Source: Balanoglossus misakiensis
Taxonomy: Eukaryota > Animalia > Hemichordata
Direction of reading: 5' to 3'
NCBI GenBank assembly: GCA_040954595.2
Contig: CM082587.2
Span: 2,137,000 to 2,200,999 of the forward strand
Length of the DNA stretch: 64,000 bases
This document shows, piece after piece, positions 14,601-25,412 of this stretch. The first letter of the stretch is position 1, and each line of letters begins with the position of its first letter. A program made the position numbers and the translations under genes. The notes under the pieces are model-generated. The model was not told the DNA's origin. It saw nothing but the letters and a program-made list of their open reading frames with translations, and made no database searches.

Positions 14601-15825
14601 CTCACTTGCTTGGCTGACGTCATGGCTTTATTGATTGTGAGCGTCCATTGTTCGTATGTTCTATGAGATTTGAGAAAGCATTTGATAATACTGCTGTCTG
14701 CTGAGTCGCGTTCGGACTGTACTTTCAGGTCAAGAATAGAGCAGGATTTATTTGAAAATGTAATGATTAAAGACCTCATTGAGCTAGTCCAATAAGAAAT
14801 GACGTAAAGCTTACACAAAAGATGAGGGTATATTGATGTGTAAATATTGATATTTTCATATATCTCAAAGAAAATAACCAGAAGCTGACCAGATGTCAGA
14901 AATTAGTATGACTTCTAGTTGTTCAATATCAAAAACTTCCAACCAGCAAATTTTATGCCAGCTCATTTTTCTCCAGCAAGACGTATGTCAGTGGTGACAT
15001 TAAACAGACTTTGAAGAATTTTTGTACCAGTAATTTTGGTTGTTATGTAAAAGCCAGACACCAAGTTATTTAATGTTTATTCTCGTACCATTTGGCACCA
15101 CTGTGAGTGTAAAAATTGTGCCGTGGGTTGGTATGATTATTGCACCCAGACATATGTTTTAAAGCTTGGCATTTTTTCCATGTCAGAGTTATGAACTAAG
15201 TCTTACTGCCACCAATCTAATTTTCCTAGCATTCTGTCTACACACTCTACACAGTCACCACAAGCATAAATTGTTTTGTATTCATGTTTCTAATGTCTTG
15301 TCCACTTTCTTGTTATTTACAGCAAAATATAAGATTTAATGACAGTGCGACCGTGCAACATATGTACCCCTCCGAGGGTTCCCTATTGGAAGATGATGTA
15401 GACGCCATACACCCAATGCAGGATTCCGACTCGGATGAGGATTTGTCAGCGACTACCACTAAGGCCAGCCTCAAATCCAACACTGCCCTCTCTGCTCATG
15501 GTGAGTGCATTACATGCGAACTTTGACCCCAGGCAAGCTACTCACCACAGGCTTTGACATTGCTGGAAACTGATGAAAAACTTAATTTAATTATTTTTTT
15601 GTAGGTGGACTTCAAACATACACCCCAAGCCATCTACAGGAAGCCTACATGAACTCCCTGGACAGGAGAAGACACGAGCCAGTGGCCAAGATCGAGGAGA
15701 AGAAACCACGAGAAGCAGAGCCACCGCCGGCAGATGATAATGATGATATCCTCATCAAGCCACTGGATGATAAAGATGCTGACTACTTCTCGACTTCTTC
15801 CTCCTCCACGGCTTTGATGTTCTGA
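5662..15825 (+). CDS. TPRN: Taperin/phostensin family PP1- and actin-associated protein (TPRN/PPP1R18 pro-ortholog), ~1016 aa, 3 exons
   Basis: Exons 5662-8313, 15323-15500 and 15605-15825 (GT-AG, phases 0 and 1), 3051 nt including TGA. The N-terminus has MTVPAWK...LEAMPAWKRELVLKKR and VHDNPFFKLER (Phostensin_N-like). The C-terminus has SMLTKSRTSKQNIRFND...YPSEGSL, GGLQTYTPSH and terminal TALMF, matching taperin-family C-terminal motifs. The middle is long, low-complexity and rich in P/S/T/K. Confidence 0.8.
7413..7597 (+). repeat. Coding tandem repeat (~10 aa unit SVSKQPxQQ, ~7 degenerate copies)
   Basis: Translation is PVTKQPTQPTSVSKQPKQQASVSKEPTKQTSVKQPNQQPSVSKQPIPPVSKQPIQQQPVNKQ. The DNA unit GTTAGTAAACAACC recurs. 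Confidence 0.8.
13350..13474 (+). repeat. Imperfect intronic tandem duplication (~60-70 bp x2)
   Basis: GTACCATGG.CTCAGAAAATG.TA.GTACAC...ACTTTGTTTCCCGGATTTC occurs at 13350 and again at 13419. Confidence 0.7.
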
Positions 15826-18800
15826 TCCACTGCAGGGTCAAGGGCAAGGGCAAGTTTACCAAAGAAAGGTTAGGGGGGAGTGTGCATACACAATATGTGC
15901 AATCCAAGTGTCTTTGTGTATTTATCTCCCATGTGCACTGTGTGTATACTATAGAGAACAGCTTTTTCTCATTGTCCCGAGATTCGTTTCACAGAATCTA
16001 CACACCACTTGTTTCTTTCTATTTATTTGTCAGACATTTAGAAGCTCTACCACCACACTTATCCCATTAAATTCAAATTTCCAGAGTCATTTTAGCTGTC
16101 AACGTCAGCTTTTATTATTTCTGTTTGTGTACAAGTTTTTATCCATCATCATTCAAGGCTAAAATCAGGCTTTAATAATAATTATATGTGATTTTTCTTT
16201 TCACATGTGAACTGTTTCTGCACTTGTGAAGGCTTTGAAAGTGAGTTAGAATATTTATTGTAATATAGATGGCAAGTTATATTGATATTATCATGAAAAA
16301 ATTGCCACTTATGTGCTTTCTGTAATTAGATTTGCAACATATTCCAAACAAGTAGGAAGTTGTGAAAGTTTTCTTTTAGTTACTGTTTAAAATAATCGTG
16401 CCATTATTTTTAGAAATTTATAGCTTTTTCAAAAGATTTTCAAATCTGTCATCATTTCACAAGATGACTATTTACTGAAAGTCGGATTAGAGAATGAAAT
16501 ACTGAGAGAAAATGCACCCGGTAATAAGGTTGTGCCTGCACTTTTTAAACACTGGTGTGATTCATTTGATGTGAGATAATTTATTCTGGCAAATGTATGT
16601 GTGAACTGTCAGTGTTTGTTAAATGAACAAGTCATAAATGCACAAACAAACGAACAAACTCACCTCTGATGATGCTTCAGAGGTCAGAGGTCACTGAGTT
16701 CTGTTGTTTTCTGATAGAAATATCTCGCTGGAAGTTTATGCAAAGTCGATATACTGCTGGAATCAGTATGCTTTACACATGTACTTAGATTAAGGTGGAT
16801 GTATAGTGTATATCTTGGGTGTATTGGGTTTGTTGGCAAACTGATTATTTTTGAATTTTAGGAGGTATAAAACTGATCAGTTTTCTGTAAATATGTGGTT
16901 ATTATGGTAAAATTGTCTTTGCATATTTACTGGTAAGCATTGAAACTTATTCTATAAACTAGAGTATCAAGATGGATAGTTTCTTATTACACTGCAAAAA
17001 TATTCAGATTTTTAAAAAGTTTTCTTAATTATTTCTGTAAACAAAGATGTTTGTTATCTGAATGAAGATATTTATTTCATTGTTATTTTGTTTCACAGTG
17101 AGACGCTACGCTTGTTTGTGTTGAGCAGCAAATGGTTCGTTGCTATGATTTCTCAGAGCAATATTGCAGTGAGTGCAGGTGATAGTTTCTCTAGAAGGTG
17201 CTTTTGGGGTTTCCCTGGGAGGTGCTTTGGCATCTGTGAATGAGGATTTCTGAAAGTAGTTAGTAAGGGTCTATTTTGGGTGTCAACCAGCTGTTCATCA
17301 CAGCAGATAATGGGGATATTGTGCACTTAGGAGCATGAGCAGGCATGCACTCACAACATGCGCGCACACACTCAACAGCACTTTCAAATTTGTTTTTCTG
17401 AGAGCACTGTGATTGTGCCCAAATCCGTCTTTGTGAGTACATGTACATGTAAAGTAGCCTAAGCAGAAACCACATTGGCTTTCACGCTGGCTTTTGAAGT
17501 GTACAATTTCTACTTACCCTCAGCCATCACACAACAAATATGCATGTACTGCACACTCACTCACCACATCCTGAAGTAGCAAAGCATCAGACCCCTGTAA
17601 CACCTGTTCCTGGCAACCATGAATGTTGTCTTTGCTGTACTGTAGCAGTTTCGTATTATCTGATCAAAAATCAACCTATGCGAATAATCTCCATGTAAAA
17701 AAACACTAATGAAAAATGCTATACTACAATACCTCATTCCACTGCAGTAACTTGTCATATTAAATATCTGAAAGTTACTGTGATGTGTAAACTTAATTTG
17801 TATCTAAATATTTTATTAGTCCAAGTTGAATGTATTCACTTTCGCTGTCTCTTTTGTTGTTATTATATTTATTGTATCCTGTTATTGCAAATTCATGCCA
17901 TGATAATTAATACTGCCCATTGTTGTGAATGTACAGGGTGGAATATTGTACAAATGTGTGGCAGCAGTTATGGTGCACCTGTTCTTGTACTGGGCATATT
18001 CTGCTGTGATGGCAGATTTCTTTGGTGTACGTGTGTGAGCACTCAAGTGAAAATGTGTTATTTACTTGATCTCCATTTATCAGACAGATTTCAGCCGAAT
18101 AATTAAAGTAGATCTTTGATGTATCTGATTCAGTACTAGTCTGTACAGGGTGTAATGTTTAACAATTTCAAGGTATTTACTTGTATTTTGATCTCCTTGT
18201 GGATCAGTTCAAAAGTTGAAGAAGGACAGTTGGTGTTGGACAGCTAATTGCTATATGCAGCTGTGTAAGATGGTGGCTTCTTTCGCACAACCAAGATACT
18301 TGCATTCCTGTAGCCATCTTCACAGCAGTGACCTTTGACCCACTCGAAGAATTTTCAGCCAAGGGGCAAAAAACTCAATGTATAAGACTATTACATCACA
18401 TGGAGTAATAGGTGTAGAGCAAATGATACAATGGTTGCATGAGTGGTTGCCTCGATTTACAAAGGTCAAAGTTCATATTGGTGGCTTTGTTATTACTATC
18501 TTTGACATGATTTCTGTAGGAAACTAGAATTAATGTTGTCAAATAATCACCTTGAGGGTTCTAGAAAGTCAGAAAGGGTAGATGGGTTCTTTTTGTATGT
18601 ACATATGTCATATGTACTCTTATTTAAGATGTTATCATTGCTTTAACCTGTAGGGGTCACTTTGACGAGTTTAATTTTTTCCCAAAGTAATGGAAATTTT
18701 TAAAAAGTCATTCCAATCGGAGTACAGTACAAGATAACTCCAGCAGATCATGAGATTACAATTTATAATTTCTGTGATGAATAATTTCAGCGCATTCATG

Positions 18801-19840
18801 CTTAGAGAATGTGATGATTGTCATGCATGCACACTGTGATGTGAATTTGGTCTGATTATTGTTTCTATTCATGGAAATGGAGATCACACTTGATATCTTG
18901 GGTAGGGTCATCTACTGAACCAAAAGATGTAATGAAATCATCTTTTCATGTTGGAATTACTGCCCATATTAATAGTGTTACTTTGATTAGGCTTTGTCAA
19001 AGATTTACCCAAGACATCAGAAGATAGTCATGTGATATTTTAATATCATTTTAGTTGTTTGACATGCTTGTAGAAATTGCGATCTCCTGTTGGCACTCCT
19101 GGTGAGTGTGAGAGCGCCCTCTTCGGACGAGACGGTCCTCAGTGGCATGGTATGTTTGTGAGCTATTGTCTAATGTACATTTGAAGATTTACTGAACAGT
19201 GGGTTTCTTCATGGGTCATTTACCAGATATTCTTTTATGATCTAAACATTTTCAATTTTCTCTTGTAAATAATGTTGACCTATTTTATTTCCATACTGAT
19301 TTTCTTTCTGTATTTTGTCGTTTTAACTCACAAGTTTGCAGTCACTGCACTGGACATCAGCGAATAGTGAATTTTCTAAGCAGCAAAGGATGTTTTTGTT
19401 ATTGTGCACTGTTTCTAGAAATCGGCGATGTGATTAATTGTAATGCTGCCAATAGGGGGCGCTTTGGTGGGCGAAACTTTAATTTTATAAAATGTTTAAC
19501 GAAATTGTCTTTTTGTGAGGATTTAGCTGCCAAATGTTTACATGTAAACCTGAGGTTTCAGTGTCAAGCTTGTGTGTGTATTTTAGTATATCCAACAGAT
19601 TTTAGTTATTACTACTTTTTCTTCACCATATGTTTGTATATAGTATACTTGGCTTTTCAAATTTACGTCATGTATGAGTTGTCATTTTTTCATATTATTT
19701 CTCTTATAATTATGTTATTGTTTTTCCATCATCTATCACAAGTTCCTATGAGGGTATTTTATTGAGCGAGAAAAAATAATCCCAGTTGACCTTTTGCTAT
19801 GATTATGGAAACAGTTATTGTAATTACTTTGCCAAGTAAC

Positions 19841-20000
19841 AATAAATAATGCGCTTATACAATGAATCTTGTAAACATTGTGGTCATTGCTAGTTCTTGA
19901 TCTTGGTACTATAAAATTCTCCTTGGACGGGTGATGATATTGAATTGAAATGAAGCAGAGGGGGAAAATGATCAGACATACAGATTGTTTTACCAATAAA
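19841..20000 (+). terminator. Candidate polyadenylation signals for the TPRN-like gene (implies a ~4 kb 3' UTR)
   Basis: AATAAA at 19841 and 19995, followed by T-rich sequence just before the SET promoter. The intervening sequence is U-rich and UTR-like, with no coding exon found. Confidence 0.4.
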
Positions 20001-20299
20001 AATATTTATTAATTTATTCATTGGAGGAACGTTGCTTGTTTTCCTGTCACCATGGTAATTTTATACAAGTCACTAATTGTGGAGGAAAACCCCAAATAAG
20101 CTGCAAATGGGTTGATAAACAGTTTGGAAACTACATGTATATGCATTTCACACCATTCTATTTTATTGCACCATGCTTTTCTCAAAGCCAGCATCAATGG
20201 CAAATGTGCTCATACACATACCCCGTTCAGATACCACCGTCCTCGCCCCAGTATGTTCGTCCTCCCTCCCACAAGTCACTTGTATTGTGGCGGTAATTG

Positions 20300-20550
20300 A
20301 GTCGAGCATGCGCATTTGATTGACTTTGGCGCATGCCCAGCTTTACTTTACGAGCACCTCGTGAATCCAACATGTCTTCTCCGCCGGCCAAAGTTCGTAA
20401 AGAAGAAACGAAAAATAACGGCGAAAACGCCGAGGAACTTGCAGGTAAGCTATAAGGCAATGACCACTGTTTTTCAGACCACCGGAGTGCACGATATGGC
20501 GATTGTACCCTACTCAGTGTGAGATGCAGCGTCGAGGAAACAGGAAGTGA
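20300..20550 (+). promoter_or_regulatory. SET housekeeping/cell-cycle type promoter
   Basis: NRF1-like GCATGCGCA (20306-20314), E2F site TTTGGCGC (20325-20332) overlapping GCGCATGC, and ETS CAGGAAGTG (20541-20549). CpG-rich and TATA-less. Confidence 0.6.
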
Positions 20551-23444
20551 CATCGCTGTAATGGTAGCGTTCTATTGTAGCATGGGGCGCTCATAAGGAC
20601 GCTAAAATTATCAACGTGTGTGAAAACGGGACTTGGGTTCTGATTTGGGGTAAATGGTCCGTGTTATCGGTAAAGGATGGTGTCGCCCATCTTTTGCGGT
20701 TCTGAAAGTCGGTCCCATATTTTTACGACCTTCATATGACGTTCCAAGTGACTGCGATTACGCACCGCTGTGCTACGGTAGCCTTTGTATTACAGTAACG
20801 TGTGTTTGAATAAAACCCGCCATTTTCTTTGTTTACCCGGTTTTGGAGTGAGTGAATCAAAAGTTTCCATTTTCGACTCTTGTCACAGAATCTTGCGGTT
20901 TTCTTGGTGGTTAGCTGACACACATCACTTTCTTGCTTAGACCATATATTAATATCTTCCCTGAACTCCAGTTTTATATTCGCTTAGTTGCCATCATACG
21001 CCTTGAGTAGCATTCTCTTCTTTAAGGAGGGTCTTCACTATTGTCATTGTAGTGGGCGAGGACATGACCCATATCACCAGTGTAAGAAATCAAAAAATCA
21101 TATTATTTTGAATTGTTGGTGCAGTACGTCCTTGACCTTATGACCTTTGGCTTTCACCGCCATGGTGCCATTGCCATGGAAATGGAAAAGGGGTCAAAAG
21201 GGTTAAAAATAGAATGTAGCAGAAACACTGTACATATAATTGAGTTTGTTGGATGTACTGGGTCGACCTTGAAAGTTTTGTCTTCTCTCTATCTGACCTT
21301 CGCGTGAAGGATAACGGCTTCATTGACAACCTCTGTGTCGAGGTGACCTGGTGAATCATCCAGCAGTCAGACAAGTGGACCTCAGTTTGCCGATGGTTTA
21401 ATGCATTGCTTGGCTATTCATTGTGTATTGACAAAAGGCATCAGATGATCAGTGAACAGTTTTACTTTTCATATCATTCAAACCTGTATTATTAGAGAGA
21501 TTGTGCAGCTTCATTGAAAGGGGGCTGTTATCGAGTGGTATGACCTATGACCTCAGGCTAGATGTCAATGCTGACTATGGTGTATTTACTTTCTCACTTG
21601 CAGACACAGAGCAGCAAGAAGCGATAGAACAGATAGATGAAGTCCAGAACCAAATAGACGCCCTCAACGAGAAAGCCAGTGAAGAAATTTTACGAGTTGA
21701 ACAGAAATATAACAAATCGAGGAAACCGTTCTTCGAGAAGAGAGCAGACCTTATTAAGAAGATTCCAAAATTTTGGTACTCAGCTGTATCCTTTTAGTTC
21801 TGGTCACGTGGTCTGTTTTATCCAATACGGATCGTTTGCCCTTTCACATGCAAATGTGAAGGTGTGTCTGTGAAGGAACAGTGCAAGTGAAGAATTCGCA
21901 TGTGCTTTTGATGATCGTGTGAATGGGTAACTTTCTAATACTCTTTTTGTATAACATACACGAAGTTGTGTGTTGCCTGTTGTTGGTTTCCTTGACAACG
22001 CCGTTTCCAGTTTGTCAATCATCCTCAGGTTTCTGCCTTACTAGATGAGGAAGACGAAGAAGCACTTCATTTTTTGACTAAAGTAGAAGTGGAAGAATTT
22101 GAAGATATTAAATCAGGATACAAAATTAACTTTGTAAGTATCTGTTAATTCTTGTGACAAAGTACCAAATGGATGCTTTCTTTCGAAGCTGCTGTACGCT
22201 TTTATTCGAAACTGATTGTTTCCCAAGGCATAGTGTATAAATGAGAATCTTTTGTATGTTTTACAGCAATTTGAACCCAATCCGTACTTTGAAAACGATG
22301 TCATATCGAAGGAGTTTCACTTAAATGACACAGGAGATCCGTCGTCCAAATCTACACCTATCAGGTGGAAACCAGGAAAGGTATGTCAAGTCCTCATAGG
22401 CCATTTTCCGAACCACGCGAGACCCTGTGAGATCTCGCATGAAGTCTCGTGAGAACTCACAACGAGTAGAAAATCTCGTGAGATCTCACCATAATTTTTT
22501 GCCACTTTCAGGTCTTGTATTTGAGTATACTACCGTAACTTCAGTAACTTGGTCATAACATACCTTCCTATGGATTTTAATAAATTAATGTATCCTCTGT
22601 TATTTCCAGGATTTAACAAAAAGAAATTCACAACAAAATAAAGGAAGGAAGAGGCTTCACGAAGAACCAGAAAGTTTCTTTTGTTGGTTTACAGATCACG
22701 TTGATGCAGGGGCTGATGAACTGGGTGAAGTTATTAAAGATGATATCTGGCCAAATCCGCTTCAGTATTTCCTGGTGAGCATCTTGCATTTTTTTAAGAC
22801 CCAGAGTGATGTAGAGTGAAATTATTTGGTCAGCTGGCTTATGGCAAAATACAGCCATTTTAGTGTGAGAAAATTCAGCAGTTCAGTTTCCAAATTTTTT
22901 GCTTTCGTCAAATTGCTTGTTTCTAGCTTGAATGACTAGTTGTTTCACCACATGGCTAGATGAAACTTTATTGGACCCCTCTGCAACCTGATTTCAACAC
23001 CGTCCATCACTTGGTTTTCAACCACTTGTAGTGGTCAAAGATGTTGATAAGTAAGTTTCTCTGTCTCTTTCTCTCTCTGATAGGTCCCTGATGTAGAGGT
23101 AGAGGGGGAGGGTGACAGCGATGAGGGAGGACAAGATTTAGAAGATATTGATGAGGAGTATGATGAGGGGGAGAGTGGAGAGGAGGATGAAGACTTGGAT
23201 GGGGAGCTTGAGGAGGAAGAGGAGGAGGAAGAAGATGTTGAGGTAAGATCACATTTGGTGTCTTTTGTTTTAAAATCACTCTTTTTAACATTAGCTTGAT
23301 TAGCTGTGGTGTATGGCTTACTGGAACAGACAGAATCAACTGAAATATTGGATCATCGAACAAATATTTTTGAAGTATAATCTTTTAATCTTTGTTTCTT
23401 CTCTGCAGGGGGAGGATGATGATGGCGAAGATGAAGATGCCTAA
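20372..23444 (+). CDS. SET: Protein SET / TAF-I beta / I2PP2A (NAP-family histone chaperone), 283 aa, 7 exons
   Basis: Exons 20372-20444, 21604-21785, 22011-22133, 22267-22380, 22610-22774, 23084-23242 and 23409-23444 total 852 nt. Translation [11 protein letters not shown]...[16 protein letters not shown]...EQKYNK...[11 protein letters not shown]...[15 protein letters not shown]...[10 protein letters not shown]...[14 protein letters not shown] plus an acidic tail is unmistakably SET. Confidence 0.96.
21786..22010 (+). other. U12-type (minor spliceosome) GT-AG intron in SET
   Basis: The 5' splice site is GTATCCTTT, the branch sequence TTTCCTTGAC is at 21987-21996, and the 3' CAG lies ~15 nt after the branch A. 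Splicing here restores FWYSA|FVNHPQ in frame. Confidence 0.9.
22416..22490. repeat. Cluster of short palindromes (GTGAGATCTC / TCTCGTGAGA), probable degenerate MITE in SET intron 4
   Basis: The sequence reads cgcgagaccctgtgagatctcgcatgaagtctcgtgagaactcac...tctcgtgagatctcac. Confidence 0.45.
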
Positions 23445-23592
23445 ATTTATTGCTTTTGATCACAACACAGCATACAAAAACTACAGACTCACATCACCCA
23501 TATACGTATCTTTTGTAGTATTTTTTTACTTCATCTATGCACTGGTATCTTTCATACCATTTCCTGCTGCCAACTCGCCCCTATTTCATCAA

Positions 23593-23896
23593 ATACTATG
23601 GAACATTCCCACTGTGTTTGCTTTGTGGCAGGGCCAGTCCATCACATGTGAAAGGGGTGGGAATGGGATGATTATGTACATAGAGTGATGTTTTCGTAAC
23701 TTGACCAAGCTTTTGTAGTGTATAAAAATCTGAACGGTAACATTCCTGTATTTCAATTATATTTTTTAACATTGTTTGATGTACACTGCCAGTGACGTTG
23801 ACCGTATACGGATTAGAGTATCTGCTGCACCCCCACTTCTCTTAAATGGAATGGCCCACACATTGCAAACTGAAAGGGAATGTTCCAACTTAGTGT
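23593..23896 (+). other. Long nested RNA stem structure in SET 3' UTR
   Basis: TGGAACATTCCC (23599-23610) pairs perfectly with GGGAATGTTCCA (23876-23887), with further co-linear helices. The inner helix 23675-23692 pairs with 23768-23785. Confidence 0.7.
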
Positions 23897-24682
23897 GGCA
23901 TCTTAGGAACGTCAGCCCGACCACGTTGTCGTTGATTAATCAAAACATTTAGTTTTACTTAAGGCTTCTCAAGCTTGTTTTAAGGAATTCGTTCAGAAAT
24001 TAAACATGAAAAAACTATATATATATTGATTTACTTGATATTTTTTCTGCACCAGCCATTTTTTTGTCAGTAAACGTCACTTGTGATAACTCTCATTTGA
24101 ACAATTCTTGGAGGGAATTGGTGGAATTTCAAAATCTACTTTTCAACTTTGGAATATTTGAGGAGTTGAAAAATTTCAATTTTGGGGGCAGGGATACCTC
24201 GGAGCGTATAGCTTTTGGTTGGGTTAATATTGATAGTTGTAATGTCAATGTGTCCTATTTTCCAGTCATTGTTATAATATGAAAGTTATAAAAAAACACC
24301 TCTCTCAGGTTTTGCGTTCTATCTGCATGTAGAACAGTGCCTGTATTTTTAATCTCTATCTCTCGGACATCAATTCTTTTGTCCCCCAGTACAGGCTTTG
24401 ATTCTGATGTTGTGTGTGTAAACCATTTAAATGTCCAATGTTCCCGGCATCGTGTCGCGTTTTGCAGCTAAGATTGTCTCGTCGTTCACGAGGGAGAAAG
24501 ACATACAGTATTTTGTAATTACAATGAAAAAGTGACATACTTGTAGTTTGGGATTTGTGAAATCTGTCTTGATGCAGAAGTTGCAGCCTAATTTTCCCCG
24601 TATTGGATGGATGGATGTATTCTTTATTGGTGTTGTGCATAATTGAAAAAAATACTAGTCTCACTGATACTCAGCTCATGAC

Positions 24683-24979
24683 AATAAAATTTCAATATAT
24701 TTGTTATGCCGACTTGTTTTAAATCGGGTTACATGAACTTTAATCACTCAAATGTCTGATCTTTAGTTGCCGTAGAGACAGAGTCGCTCAAAATTCCTTG
24801 ACTTGTCATTTGATTATAGGGGGGTTAATAAAATTGCAGCCATTTTGAAATCTGTATTATGAGTCCGGGAATGCTGTCAGTGAGATTTGTATCCTTATCC
24901 ACAAAACAAATTTTGGTTCTGACTAGAAATGGTATGAAATTACACCTTTCTTCCTAAATACCAGTCATAGTTAAATAAA
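24683..24979 (+). terminator. Candidate polyadenylation signals of SET
   Basis: AATAAA at 24683, 24827 and 24974, with ATTAAA at ~23999. Confidence 0.45.
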
Positions 24980-25290
24980 AAAGATAGGTTTGAAGCTGCC
25001 TTGTCTCTGAATTTTTCCGTGGTATCAATCTCTGTTGTGTTTCGTGTCCAGCCCAGCAGAATGATTTCAATAACATTGTATCATGATGCGTGTCTGCAAA
25101 GTTGGGGGAGGGGGGATAAAGTAAGATCTTTTTATGAATATTTTAGTCCAATATTTGGAACAGAACACTGTCCTAAACTGCAAATCACAAAAATTAAAAT
25201 TATATTTTGCTCAAGACTACATTATTCTCTTTTAAAATTAAGACTAAATATTGGAGAGCACTGCAAAATGGTCAATGAGAGCCAAGCTGT

Positions 25291-25412
25291 CATGCTTCGT
25301 CTTGGATAGTTTGTACCTTCATTCCTCCACATGCTTGCCTCTTGGATAGTTTGTACCTTCTTTCCTCCACATGCTTGCCTCTTGGATAGTTTGTACCTTC
25401 TTTCCTCCACAT
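25291..25412. repeat. Minisatellite, 40-bp unit x3
   Basis: The unit CATGCTTGCCTCTTGGATAGTTTGTACCTTCTTTCCTCCA is repeated head-to-tail without spacers. Confidence 0.9.

Noticed and set aside
23667-23733. Box C/D snoRNA-like ATGATTA/GTGATGT...CTGA in the SET 3' UTR
   Set aside because: The C box is imperfect, there is no terminal stem, the location is exonic, and I recognise no rRNA guide. It is better explained as part of the UTR structure.
25291-25412. Possible CRISPR-like array
   Set aside because: The units are contiguous with no unique spacers, the context is eukaryotic, and there are no cas genes. This is a minisatellite.
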